A stretch of DNA of 64,000 nt from Candidatus Latescibacterota bacterium. GTDB taxonomy: Bacteria; Latescibacterota; UBA2968; GCA-2709665. Of the stretch, positions 48,450 to 57,846 are shown piece by piece; position 1 is the first letter of the stretch, and each line of letters begins with the position of its first letter. The stretch is taken from contig CBDDDZ010000005.1 of the NCBI GenBank assembly GCA_965226795.1, positions 2,560,001 to 2,624,000 on the forward strand, written 5' to 3'. Made by a program: the position numbers and the translations under genes. The notes beneath the pieces were generated by a model. That model was given only the letters and a program-made list of their open reading frames with translations, had not been told where the DNA came from and did no database searches.

Positions 48450-49073
48450 ATGAGTGTCCTTCAACGGGATCCCATTGCCGCCATACTGCTCTCCCTCGTG
48501 GCGAGCTATATGGCGTATGACCATCTTCCGGAACGGATTCCGGCACACTGGGACGCGTTCGGACGAATCGACGCGGAGTTGAATAAACGGGTGTGCGTCT
48601 TTCTGCATCCCGGAGCAATGACGCTCGTCTATATTTTCTTCCGACTGATCCCATATGCCGACAAAACCCGCGTGCGCCAACTGAAAGAGATCGGCCTTTA
48701 CGATCCGTTCCGCAACGGCGCCGTGCTGCTTTTCGGATACAGCCATCTCCTGCTGCTGGGCATCGGCCTCGGTTGGGTAGACCGAGGGGCAAACCTCTTT
48801 GCCGGCCTGCTCTCGCTCGCCACCATCTTCGCCGGAAACCACCTCAAGAGCATACGTCCGGTACGTTTCGATCGTCTCCTCCGCCGGATCAACATTTCCA
48901 GGGATCCACCTGCACTGAATTACGTCTGCAATATCCTCATCCTGTGCGGGGCGTTCGGGCAGCTGGGCACCGCAACTGGCATCCTGCAAGTCGCCTGGCT
49001 GCTTCTGCCGCTCGGCGTCGGTTACTTTCTCGCTCGGCGGCGCTTTCCCGCCGACCGGATACAGGCGCCGTGA
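48450..49073 (+). CDS. DUF1648/SdpI-like membrane protein
   Basis: YDHLPERIPAHW...G.ID motif followed by transmembrane helices. Confidence 0.8.
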   Translation: MSVLQRDPIAAILLSLVASYMAYDHLPERIPAHWDAFGRIDAELNKRVCVFLHPGAMTLVYIFFRLIPYADKTRVRQLKEIGLYDPFRNGAVLLFGYSHLLLLGIGLGWVDRGANLFAGLLSLATIFAGNHLKSIRPVRFDRLLRRINISRDPPALNYVCNILILCGAFGQLGTATGILQVAWLLLPLGVGYFLARRRFPADRIQAP

Positions 49074-49963
49074 CCGTGCTCAACGAGCGCCTCACCGTCC
49101 AGGCCGGAAGCCTCGCCCTGCTTACGGCCATCCTGTGGGGCGGTAACTCCATCGCCATCAAAATTGCCCTGGACGGTCTGCCTCCGTTGGCCCTGGCTTC
49201 CGCCCGCTTTCTTCTGGGCGGGCTGGCTGTAATGCTATGGGCGATCTATGCCGGCATCCCCCTCTCACCGGGATCCGGCGAAAGAAGAGGCCTGTTTCAA
49301 CTGGTTCTGCTCTTTATCACGCAAATCTACCTGCTTAACGCCGGCACCCATTTCACGACGGCCGGCCGTTCAACCGTCTTCATCTCCACCTACCCTTTTT
49401 TTACGGCCGTCTTCGCCCACTTATTCATACCGGGAGACCGGCTCAGCCGCCTCAAAGTAATCGGTATGACCCTCTCTTTTTCGGGGGTGGTGCTCGTCTT
49501 TGCCGAAAGCCTCACAAGGGGCCACCTCGGCTATCTGCTTGGCGATGTTATGGTTCTCATGAGCGGTCTGCTGCTCGGCGCCCGGCAGGTCTACACCAAG
49601 AAGCTCACCCAATACATCCATCCCGCCCGTCTTCTGTTGTGGCAAGCCGCCCTCAGCCTGCCCGTATTTATCCTGCTCAGCGCCTTCCTCGAGAACCAGA
49701 TCCCCTCAGACATCCGACCTGACATCGTCGGCGCAATCTTCTACCAGGGTCTTGTGGTTGCCGGATTCTGTTTTCTTATATCCGTGTCTCTCCTGCGACG
49801 CTACAGAGCCAGTCGCCTGGGGGTGTTCGGTTTCGTTACACCCGTCGTGGGCGTCGTGCTCAGCAACCTGCTGCTGGGAGAGACCATCTCTGCGACACTT
49901 CTCGCCAGCGTGCTGCTGGTCGGTATCGGCCTGGCCATAGTCAATTCGGAGACCGGAAGTTAA
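49070..49963 (+). CDS. DMT/EamA family transporter
   Basis: GTGA overlap start; LWGGN..AIK, ARF and P..G...S.LLLGE motifs; about 10 transmembrane segments. Confidence 0.9.
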   Translation: MTVLNERLTVQAGSLALLTAILWGGNSIAIKIALDGLPPLALASARFLLGGLAVMLWAIYAGIPLSPGSGERRGLFQLVLLFITQIYLLNAGTHFTTAGRSTVFISTYPFFTAVFAHLFIPGDRLSRLKVIGMTLSFSGVVLVFAESLTRGHLGYLLGDVMVLMSGLLLGARQVYTKKLTQYIHPARLLLWQAALSLPVFILLSAFLENQIPSDIRPDIVGAIFYQGLVVAGFCFLISVSLLRRYRASRLGVFGFVTPVVGVVLSNLLLGETISATLLASVLLVGIGLAIVNSETGS

Positions 49964-50035
49964 TCAGGTGCCACATAAGAGATTATTCTTCCACGGGTCG
50001 CGATCCCGGCGACCGCTTACAGGCGTTTCACCCGT

Positions 50036-51379
50036 CTAGGCCGCTCCGACCATGACAAACGCCACGTCCGCGACATTGGTTCCCGTCGGACCCGTCATCA
50101 CCAGATCGCCCAGCGGTTTGAAGAAGTGATACGCGTCGTTGTTCTTCAACGAACCGATCGCGGAAAGCCCCGCTGATTCCGCACGTGCGATCGTTTGGGC
50201 ATCCGCAATCGCCCCCGCCGCGTCCGTCGGACCGTCGGTTCCATCCGTCCCGCCGCTGAACAGTACCGTACCGTCCCATCCGGACAGATGCATGGCGCCG
50301 GCAAGCACCAGTTCCTGGTTTCGTCCACCCTTGCCACTTCCTCGAACCGTTACCGTTGTCTCCCCGCCGGCAATCACGCAGGCAGGAGCGGTCACAGGCA
50401 CCCCGGATGCGAGTATTTCCTTACCGATTGCCGAATATATGTGAGCGACCTCACGCGCCTCACCCTCCAGCCGCGTGGACAGCACCAACGTATTGTAACC
50501 CAGATCCCGGGCTCGTTCGTCGGCAGCAGCCACCGCCTGACCGTTGCTGCCGACAATCACGTTGTGGCATCTCTCGAGCACGGCGTCTCCAGGTTTCGGG
50601 GTTTCCGGAATCTCTCCCGCCACGCCTGCTTCGAACCGTTCTCGCACCGCTTCCGGCAGGAAATTCGAAACCTCGTACTTCTGAAAAATTTCCATACAGG
50701 TCCTGAACGTGGACGTATCGGGTACCGTCGGCCCCGATGCAATCACGTCCATCGGATCGCCGATGACATCCGATAACATGAGGGACACCACCGTGGCCGG
50801 AAAGGCTGTACGGGCCAGACCTCCGCCCTTCACCCTGGACATATGCTTGCGGACCGCATTCAACTCCACGATATTGGCGCCGCATTCGAGCAGCAACCGG
50901 GTTGTGGCCTGTTTTTCCGGAAGCGATATACCTTCCGAAGGAGCGGGCATCAATGCCGACCCGCCGCCTGAAATCAGGCAAATCACCAGGGTCCGGTCGT
51001 CGGCCGCCTCCAGCTCCCTCAGAATTTTCCGCGTACCCTCAACACCCGCCTCATCGGGAACGGGATGACCACACTCCACGATCCGTATTCTGACCAGCGG
51101 CTCCGCATGCTCGTACTTGGTATTGATGACCCCATCCGAAATCCTGTCGCCCAACACGGCTTCGAGCGCCACACCCATCCGCGGCGACGCCTTGCCGGTT
51201 CCCACCACTAGCACCCGGTCGAAGGTTTCCAGATCGTAGTCTACGCCCCCGATCCGAAACATCTGCCCATCCAGTCTCACGAATCGCTCCACGCATTCCT
51301 GCGCGTCCACGGCCACCACAGCCGATTCAAAGATCAACGCCGCGTCCGCGCGCATCCGGGCAACCGTGAATTCCCGCAT
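50036..51379 (-). CDS. Glycerate 2-kinase (MOFRL/TtuD family)
   Basis: GKA, HPVPD, ISGGGSAL, SGPT, GGETTV, GGRNQE, TDGTDG and GPTGTNV motifs. Confidence 0.93.
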   Translation of the reverse strand: MREFTVARMRADAALIFESAVVAVDAQECVERFVRLDGQMFRIGGVDYDLETFDRVLVVGTGKASPRMGVALEAVLGDRISDGVINTKYEHAEPLVRIRIVECGHPVPDEAGVEGTRKILRELEAADDRTLVICLISGGGSALMPAPSEGISLPEKQATTRLLLECGANIVELNAVRKHMSRVKGGGLARTAFPATVVSLMLSDVIGDPMDVIASGPTVPDTSTFRTCMEIFQKYEVSNFLPEAVRERFEAGVAGEIPETPKPGDAVLERCHNVIVGSNGQAVAAADERARDLGYNTLVLSTRLEGEAREVAHIYSAIGKEILASGVPVTAPACVIAGGETTVTVRGSGKGGRNQELVLAGAMHLSGWDGTVLFSGGTDGTDGPTDAAGAIADAQTIARAESAGLSAIGSLKNNDAYHFFKPLGDLVMTGPTGTNVADVAFVMVGAA

Positions 51380-51446
51380 GTTGAATGCTCCTCAAATTCG
51401 CAGACCGGCTCGTCCCGGGCGCCTGTTTACGACCTGGGCCGGGCAG

Positions 51447-53717
51447 CTACTGTCGAATATCGAAATTGATGGCCGCCCTGCCCGTTTGCCCGCTGTTTTC
51501 GTCGGTAACAGTAATCTTCAACAACTGCATCCCCGGTTCGGTCGCTCCCATATCCAGTTCAAGGTAAGCCCGTTCGTCCGGCCGGGTTCCGATATGATCG
51601 TATTCGATGCTGATGACGTTGCCCTCCTCCCGCTTCCCGATCAATCGCCCCAGGCCGCCCAATACCCGTGCACCCACGTTTGTCCGACGCAAGGACCGTA
51701 TCTGGTATGAAATGCGATATCGTGTGGCACCGAATTCATCACGCGTGAGGTTGTAAATTTCGTAATAGATAAACACCGGGTCGTCAGGGCGGTACGCTTT
51801 GGACGCCATAGGGATCACCTCGATATCGCCCTTTACAAATCGCCCCCGCTCCGCCACGTCGATTCGGGCGCCCATTTCCACGTCGCTCAACATCAATGCC
51901 GCCTCCGGATACGCCTTCAAGATGCGATCTTCCCTGTAAATTTGAGTCCTGCCTGAATTGCGGTCCATCACCTGCACATCCACCCGGTAGGTACCCGGAG
52001 GCAACACGACGCGATCTATCGCCGGAATGAACGCCCCGGCCGACGTATCCACCACGCCCGAAGCACGCAGGACCATTTCATCGTCGGTTCGGTACACGGG
52101 CTTATTCTCGTCGTCGTAGACCGCGACGCCCCGGACAAGGTGCGCCAACCGTCCGAGGTCACCGTCACGATACGTTAAATCGCGAGTTGGAATCCCGTAA
52201 TAGACCTCCATCGCCGTCTTCTCGTCGTCACCCCGAAAGGAGGCCGTATAGAAAAAAAAGTCCAACGGTCCCGTGGCAAATGTCGGACGATAGGCAGTCG
52301 GCTGCCGGGCCGCCTGATTGAGCATCACGGTTTTCGGGTTCATTCTTTGCCAGATTTGTGTGATTCGCCCGGTGCCCAAAGGCATTCTCGCGAACTCGTA
52401 CGGACCGGGAAAATTCGGCTGCACAAAGGTCAATTCGATACCCTGCCCCACGTGGGTATATATCCAGTATTCCCAAATCCCTCCCACAGGGTAGACCGGC
52501 CGACCCAGAATGGACGACTGGGCCACCTGTCCCAGGGATCGGACTTCGTCCTTCATAAGCTTCGCCGCGGCAGCCCCTGCCGCCGAAATCAGGCGATCCT
52601 TGACCGCCAGCACCCGCCGGTCCGTCTCGAACCGCACATCGCCGGACCGGCTGACATGATCCGGATCCCCGAAGCGCACGTAGACTTCCCCACGGTCGTC
52701 CCACGGGAATTTGTGCTTTCCGTGATTCTCCCTTGCCGTGGCCACGCGTCGATAATGCTCTACCATCCGCTCATTGGCGGCCGATGCCGGCGCCGGATCC
52801 TGCCAGACCCAGAATTCCTCGGCCGCGGCTTTCAGCTCCTCCAACGATTTGGTATCGGAATCATCCGCGGTATGGGTTACGAGACTCAAATCGTAGTAGA
52901 TCCGCTGTTTCTCAGGTTCCAGGCGGTCAATATAGGCGTCGTACAACGCCTGCGACCGGTCGTAATCCCGACGCCGCTGATGGATATCCGCCAGTTCCAG
53001 CACCGCCCGCCGCTGGTGCGGGTTCCGGTTCTGGACCACCGCCTTCAATTCAGCTATCGCCTGGTCGGTTCGATCCTGCAGTTTCAGAACAACCCCCAGC
53101 CGCAACCGCGCCTCGTAGTGATGTGGATTCGCCGAAATCTGATTCAGGTAGGCCTGTTCGGCCTTCCCGTATTCTCCCTTCGTTTCTTCAATCGCGCCAA
53201 CCTGGAACAACGCATCGGGATGGTCAGGGTCCATCTTGACCACCTTGTGGTAGGCTCTGAGCGTTTCGCTACTGCCGAACTGCCGGTAGGTCTCAGCCAG
53301 ATTGTACTGCGCCTCGACATACGCCTTATCCGCCCGCAGCGCGTTCCGAAACGCATCAATCGCCTGACGAAGCCCTTTGGGTCGGTTCCGGAAGACGAAA
53401 CCCAGGCCGTTAAAGGCGGACGCATACCGCTTTCTTTTGCGAAGCGCCTGCCGGAACAGCGCTTCCGCCGCATCCAGATCGCCCCGCTCGAGATGGATGT
53501 GCCCGAGACCCACATAGGACGGCGCGTGTCTGTCGTAAGCGTTAATGGCCGATTGAAACGATTCGGCCGCCTGCTCGGATGCACCCTCAGCCACCTGCGC
53601 GATCGCCCGATTGTAAAGCGCCTCAGCCCTGGCCCGGGCATCGTTGCCTTCGTCTCGCGCGTGTGCCGCTGCCACCAGCGCAAACACCGTGCAGAACAAC
53701 AGGGGCAACCGCCTCAT
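51447..53717 (-). CDS. TPR + GWxTD-domain secreted protein
   Basis: Signal peptide MRRLPLLF; TPR repeats; FW...DP and PWDDRGEVYVRFGDPD (GWxTD-like); start trimmed. Confidence 0.8.
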   Translation of the reverse strand: MRRLPLLFCTVFALVAAAHARDEGNDARARAEALYNRAIAQVAEGASEQAAESFQSAINAYDRHAPSYVGLGHIHLERGDLDAAEALFRQALRKRKRYASAFNGLGFVFRNRPKGLRQAIDAFRNALRADKAYVEAQYNLAETYRQFGSSETLRAYHKVVKMDPDHPDALFQVGAIEETKGEYGKAEQAYLNQISANPHHYEARLRLGVVLKLQDRTDQAIAELKAVVQNRNPHQRRAVLELADIHQRRRDYDRSQALYDAYIDRLEPEKQRIYYDLSLVTHTADDSDTKSLEELKAAAEEFWVWQDPAPASAANERMVEHYRRVATARENHGKHKFPWDDRGEVYVRFGDPDHVSRSGDVRFETDRRVLAVKDRLISAAGAAAAKLMKDEVRSLGQVAQSSILGRPVYPVGGIWEYWIYTHVGQGIELTFVQPNFPGPYEFARMPLGTGRITQIWQRMNPKTVMLNQAARQPTAYRPTFATGPLDFFFYTASFRGDDEKTAMEVYYGIPTRDLTYRDGDLGRLAHLVRGVAVYDDENKPVYRTDDEMVLRASGVVDTSAGAFIPAIDRVVLPPGTYRVDVQVMDRNSGRTQIYREDRILKAYPEAALMLSDVEMGARIDVAERGRFVKGDIEVIPMASKAYRPDDPVFIYYEIYNLTRDEFGATRYRISYQIRSLRRTNVGARVLGGLGRLIGKREEGNVISIEYDHIGTRPDERAYLELDMGATEPGMQLLKITVTDENSGQTGRAAINFDIRQ

Positions 53718-53941
53718 TACCTGCCTCCCCTGTGGAATGATACATGTACCGACAGATTTGTCCAAATCGGTGTCTATCCGGACGTATTGAGTACGCCCGG
53801 ATAGACACCGAACGTGGCGGTTCATTTGGCAAGGCGCGCGGTCTGTCGTTTGTGCATTGCGGCCGACGCCATATACCTCCGCCACCGCGTGCTAATGATA
53901 CAAAAAACCCCTGAAAAACACAAGCTCGGCCTGGCGACAGA

Positions 53942-54883
53942 TCACATGACGTCGCCACGTTCCAGACGCTCGTACAGGGGCCAATAATCCCGTACCCAGG
54001 TCAATGCCCGATCGTTTGACCGGTCGATGTACGCGATTCGCATCCACAGCGTCAACCCCCTCAAACCCGCCAGCCGCAGCGCGTCCGGAAGCAGGACCCT
54101 CTCCATGCGGGTCAGTGCCGCCTCGTCGTCGTACGCACGCAAAAAAGCGGCCATTTCCTCCTTCGTGAGCGGGCTGTCCGTAACCACCGCCTGAAAAAAC
54201 GTCAGCGCGTAAGCCACATCCCACAGCCGCGTGGCATGACATGCGGTATCCAGGTCCAGAACAGCGGCCACCTTCCCTCCGCGAAAGAGCAGGTTCTGCG
54301 CACGGTAGTCTCCGTGGATAACCGTGCGTGGCAATTCCGCCCATTCCCGCCCACCCGCGCTACCACGCAAGACACGACGAAAACGCTTCAATTCGGGGAC
54401 AACATCACCCGACTCATCCAGCGCGCCCCACGCCTGCTCCACTTCCCGCAAAACGCTCTCATAAACGGACCCACGGGTCTGCCCCATGGGAATCGACATT
54501 GCAGAACCAACCGTATGGATTCTCCCCAATACCGCGCCCGCCTGTTCAATCTGCGTGGTTTCGCCGGGCACAAAGGCCTCACCTTGGACGAAAGCCCAAA
54601 GCTGAAAGAGATTCTCACCTTCGGCGACCACCGCCATCCCATCAGTTGCCGGAATCAGTTCCGCCACGGGGATTCCCGAATCGCGCAGCCGATTGCCCAG
54701 CTGCGCTCCGAATGCAATCTGGTCGGATGCCACCAGGTCACTGTCGAACACTTTCAGCAGATATACCTCAGTGTCTCTCGTCATCCTGACCGTCGTACTC
54801 ATCATTCCGAACCGAACGCGATCCACCAGAACACGCAGACCGTACCGATGAAACACCATTTCCACGATCTGTTCCAGAGGCAT
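53942..54883 (-). CDS. APH/choline kinase-like phosphotransferase (type II homoserine kinase-like)
   Basis: YLLK, LGRIH, IHGDYRAQN and LDLD motifs; own GGAG RBS before ATG 54883. Confidence 0.85.
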   Translation of the reverse strand: MPLEQIVEMVFHRYGLRVLVDRVRFGMMSTTVRMTRDTEVYLLKVFDSDLVASDQIAFGAQLGNRLRDSGIPVAELIPATDGMAVVAEGENLFQLWAFVQGEAFVPGETTQIEQAGAVLGRIHTVGSAMSIPMGQTRGSVYESVLREVEQAWGALDESGDVVPELKRFRRVLRGSAGGREWAELPRTVIHGDYRAQNLLFRGGKVAAVLDLDTACHATRLWDVAYALTFFQAVVTDSPLTKEEMAAFLRAYDDEAALTRMERVLLPDALRLAGLRGLTLWMRIAYIDRSNDRALTWVRDYWPLYERLERGDVM

Positions 54884-54890
54884 CCGCAGG

Positions 54891-55823
54891 CTACTCCGGT
54901 ACGTCACGGCCGTCTCCTTCGGGTATGCGAAGCCCGCGATCGTTTCCAGATGCATTTCCAGGTACCTCAGAAACGCCGCAGCGGCACGTGATAGATGTCC
55001 GCCTTCGCGGCGCACCATACCCACCTGACGGGCCGGATAGCCCCGTCACTCGAAGCGCCGTCAGCCTGCCCGATCTCACTTCGTCCCGAACCGCCACTTC
55101 GGGCACAATTGCAATTCCCAGGCCGATCTCAACGAAGCGCTTGATCACTTCAATGCTGCCCAACTCCATCGTGACGTGCGGTTGTAACCCCGCCTCGGCG
55201 AACATCCGATCCATCAATGCTCTGCTTGTACTTCCCCTCTCGAGCATCAACATCGCACGGTCGCTCAGCGAATACAGATCGACCGTTTCCGTGGGGGCCA
55301 GGGGATGCGCGGGACTGCAGATGGCTACGTCTTCTCTGGTAAAAAAAGGCCTGGTCCTCACCCTGTGTTCGGTTACCGGCAGCGTCGCCAGCCCGAAATC
55401 CACCGCCCCCTCCAGCACCAGCCGCACCACCTCCGGAGACATCCGGTCGGTCAGGCGGATCTCGATTCCGGGATACGCCTGTCGAAACGCCTTTACCGCG
55501 GGAGGCAACGCATAGGCACAATTCGTATCGCTCGTTCCAATACTCAGTCGACCCGTTCGCAACTCGCCGAGGGCCGTCATGTCCTGCCGGATCTGCTCGG
55601 CCATCTCCAGAATGGCCTCGGCCCGCGCGAATAGAAACCGACCGGCCTCGGTCAATAGAATCTGCTTGCCGCGGCGTTCGAACAGGTCTTCGCCGAGTTC
55701 GTCTTCAAGTGCCTTCACCTGGAGACTCACCGCCGGCTGAGTCAGGAACAATTTCTCCGCTGCACGGGTGAAGCTCTTCTCGCGCGCCGTTTCCACAAAC
55801 CCCTTGAGCCGATCCAGATCCAT
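54891..55823 (-). pseudogene. LysR family transcriptional regulator with a +1 frameshift near 55025-55045
   Basis: SFTRAAEKLFLTQPAVS HTH. The typical LysR tail RQVGMVRR..LSRAAAAFL lies in the adjacent frame. Confidence 0.75.
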
Positions 55824-55910
55824 TTGTCGGTGCTCCGCTAACGCATTTGAGGCGCAGCGTTGTACCCGGACGCTATCTGTCGAAGCGATCGCGATATTTT
55901 TCAAAATATC

Positions 55911-55947
55911 ATAAAAATTCAATATAACAAAAATAAATTTTTATTAT
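55911..55947. promoter_or_regulatory. Tandem LysR-type operator boxes
   Basis: Two ATA-N9-TAT (T-N11-A) motifs at 55911-55925 and 55933-55947 in AT-rich DNA upstream of lysR. Confidence 0.6.
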
Positions 55948-56142
55948 TTATCCTGAATAATTCAAGAAAAAGGTAGTTTCCTTACCCAAGTCATTGTATT
56001 ATATTATGGTTACGCAAATAACCTTACAACAATGAACTGGGGGAAACTACCGTGTATGTTCAAGATAAACATCACAGGATGTCTTTCGCAAGTCTTTCCG
56101 GCAAACAGGTGGAAGCCGCCTTCGATGGGGGCATTCTGACCA

Positions 56143-56174
56143 GCCTGCCTGTGCGTGTACGCACGCAGACAGGC
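56143..56174. repeat. Palindromic mini-insertion 1 (30 bp plus duplicated GC, in frame, LPVRVRTQTG)
   Basis: GC-CTGCCTG-TGCGTGTACGCACG-CAGACAG-GC splits the LTS|DSG motif. Confidence 0.85.
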
Positions 56175-56689
56175 GACAGCGGGGTAATGCTGCTGCGGGA
56201 GGTGGCGTCCAAAATCGGCATTTTGTGTCGGATCATTGAGGCCATAACAGATCGTCGGCATGCAAGTTACGTGGATCACCCGACGGCGGACCTGGTCAGT
56301 CAGCGTGTTTTTCAGATGGCGTGTGGGTATGAGGATGCGAACGACTGCAATGCGTTACGCGGGGACCCCGGCTTCAAGACGGCCTGTGATCGGTTGCCCG
56401 TCACCGGTGCGGATCTGGCCAGTCAACCCACGATGAGTCGGTTCGAGAACCGGATCACCAGAGGTGACTTATATCGGATCGCGAAGGCCTTTGCCGATGG
56501 GTTTATCGCCTCGTATAAGAAACCGCCCAAAGCCATCCTGCTGGATATCGATGACACGGAAGATAAGGTGTATGGGTCTGGGCAGTTGTCGTTATTCAAT
56601 GCGTATTTTAAGAGTTATTGCTACCAACCGTTGCATATCTATGAAGGGCAAACCGGCAAGTTGATCACGACGATTCTGCGTCCTGGCGT

Positions 56690-56710
56690 GCCTGCCTGCT
56701 GCAGGCAGGC
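56690..56710. repeat. Palindromic mini-insertion 2 (19 bp plus duplicated GC, frameshifting)
   Basis: GC-CTGCCTG-CTG-CAGGCAG-GC; removal gives LRPGVRPSGKQIV and joins the two ORFs. Confidence 0.88.
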
Positions 56711-57124
56711 GGCCTTCGGGCAAACAGATCGTTTCGATTCTCAAACGGGTGGTCGCCTACCTGCGTCGAGCCTGGCCCAATGTGGCGATCCTGTTGCGTG
56801 GCGATTCTCATTTTTCGTGTCCGGAAGTGCACGCGTTGTGTGACACACAGAATGTGTATTTTGCCCTTGGACAAAGCGGCAACGCTCTGCTGCTGCCCCT
56901 GGCGCAACCCTTGATGGACCAGGCCAAAGCGCTGTATGCCGTTTCCGGCAAAACCGTGCGCCTATATAACGCGTGGGACTATCAGGCCAGCACCTGGGCT
57001 TCGCCACGCCGCATCATCTGCAAGGCGGAAGTAACACCGCAAGGAGACAATATCCGTTTCGTGGCCACCAACCTGCAACGCGCCAACCCTTCATTCATCT
57101 ACAAAACCGTCTATTGTGGACGCG

Positions 57125-57147
57125 GCCTGTCTGCCGGCCAGGCAGGC
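57125..57147. repeat. Palindromic mini-insertion 3 (21 bp plus duplicated GC, in frame, LSAGQAG)
   Basis: GC-CTGTCTG-CCGGC-CAGGCAG-GC splits YCGRG|RME. Confidence 0.88.
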
Positions 57148-57351
57148 AGGATGGAAGGCTTCATCAAGAATCACAAGACCTTTCTCCATTCCGATCGCAC
57201 CTCTTGTCACACCTTCGAGGCCAATCACTTCCGGCTCTTTCTCCACAGCGCCGCCTATGTCCTGTTGCAGACCTTGGCTGAAATGGGATTGCGCGGCACC
57301 AAGTGGACGAACGCCCAGTATAATACGCTGCAAAATCGCCTCTTGAAGGTC

Positions 57352-57383
57352 GCCTGCCTGCGCCGGATGCTCGGCAGGCAGGC
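57352..57383. repeat. Palindromic mini-insertion 4 (30 bp plus duplicated GC, in frame)
   Basis: GC-CTGCCTG-CGCCGGATGCTCGG-CAGGCAG-GC; removal gives RLLKVAGRV. Confidence 0.88.
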
Positions 57384-57741
57384 CGGACGCGTCTGTGAGA
57401 TGAAAACCAAAATCACGTTCCATCTGCCAACGGCATTTCCACTCAAACACCTCTATGCCAAGATCCTCTACAATCTGGCAACGTCCGTACCATAACGCAT
57501 CGTCCGGTTAAATCCGCCTTCACGTCTTGATCGACACCACCAAAACACAGGGAGACCTCTGTGCTTTTGACCGCGACAACAAGGTCAACCTGACGCCCCC
57601 GCCCTACCGTGTTACCAGCACGTGCCACTGAAGCGGCTTGAAAACTCCAAATCCGGCACAGCCAGGTCTTTCCTTCCGTTTCTCGATTCACTCGGAACCT
57701 GTTTCTGCTTCCTGAAACTGCAATCCGTGACGATTCATGAA

Positions 57742-57770
57742 TTGATCAGGTTAACATGGTTCGCTATAAT
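57742..57770 (+). promoter_or_regulatory. IS/host hybrid sigma70 promoter upstream of the purA-like gene
   Basis: TTGATC inside the IS right inverted repeat, exactly 17 bp from a host TATAAT. Confidence 0.65.
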
Positions 57771-57846
57771 ATTTCCGTTCCGCCCAACCTGGCAAGTCAG
57801 ATGTTTTCGCAGAATTAACCGACAATGCCCGACGTAGAGGTGTATT

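Larger units (their letters stand above)
56052..57495 (+). pseudogene. IS1380 transposase interrupted by four palindromic insertions (447 aa when restored)
   Basis: FDGG.LTSD, GYED.ND, LASQPT.SRFEN, LDIDDT, LRPG, RGDS.F and Y..RG..E motifs; frame change at the 19-bp insertion. Confidence 0.9.
55952..57750 (+). mobile_element. IS1380-family insertion sequence
   Basis: IRL CCTGAATAATTCAAGAA vs IRR (reverse complement) CCTGATCAATTCATGAA, 14/17 identical; flanks TTAT/TTAA; encloses a DDE transposase. Confidence 0.88.
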
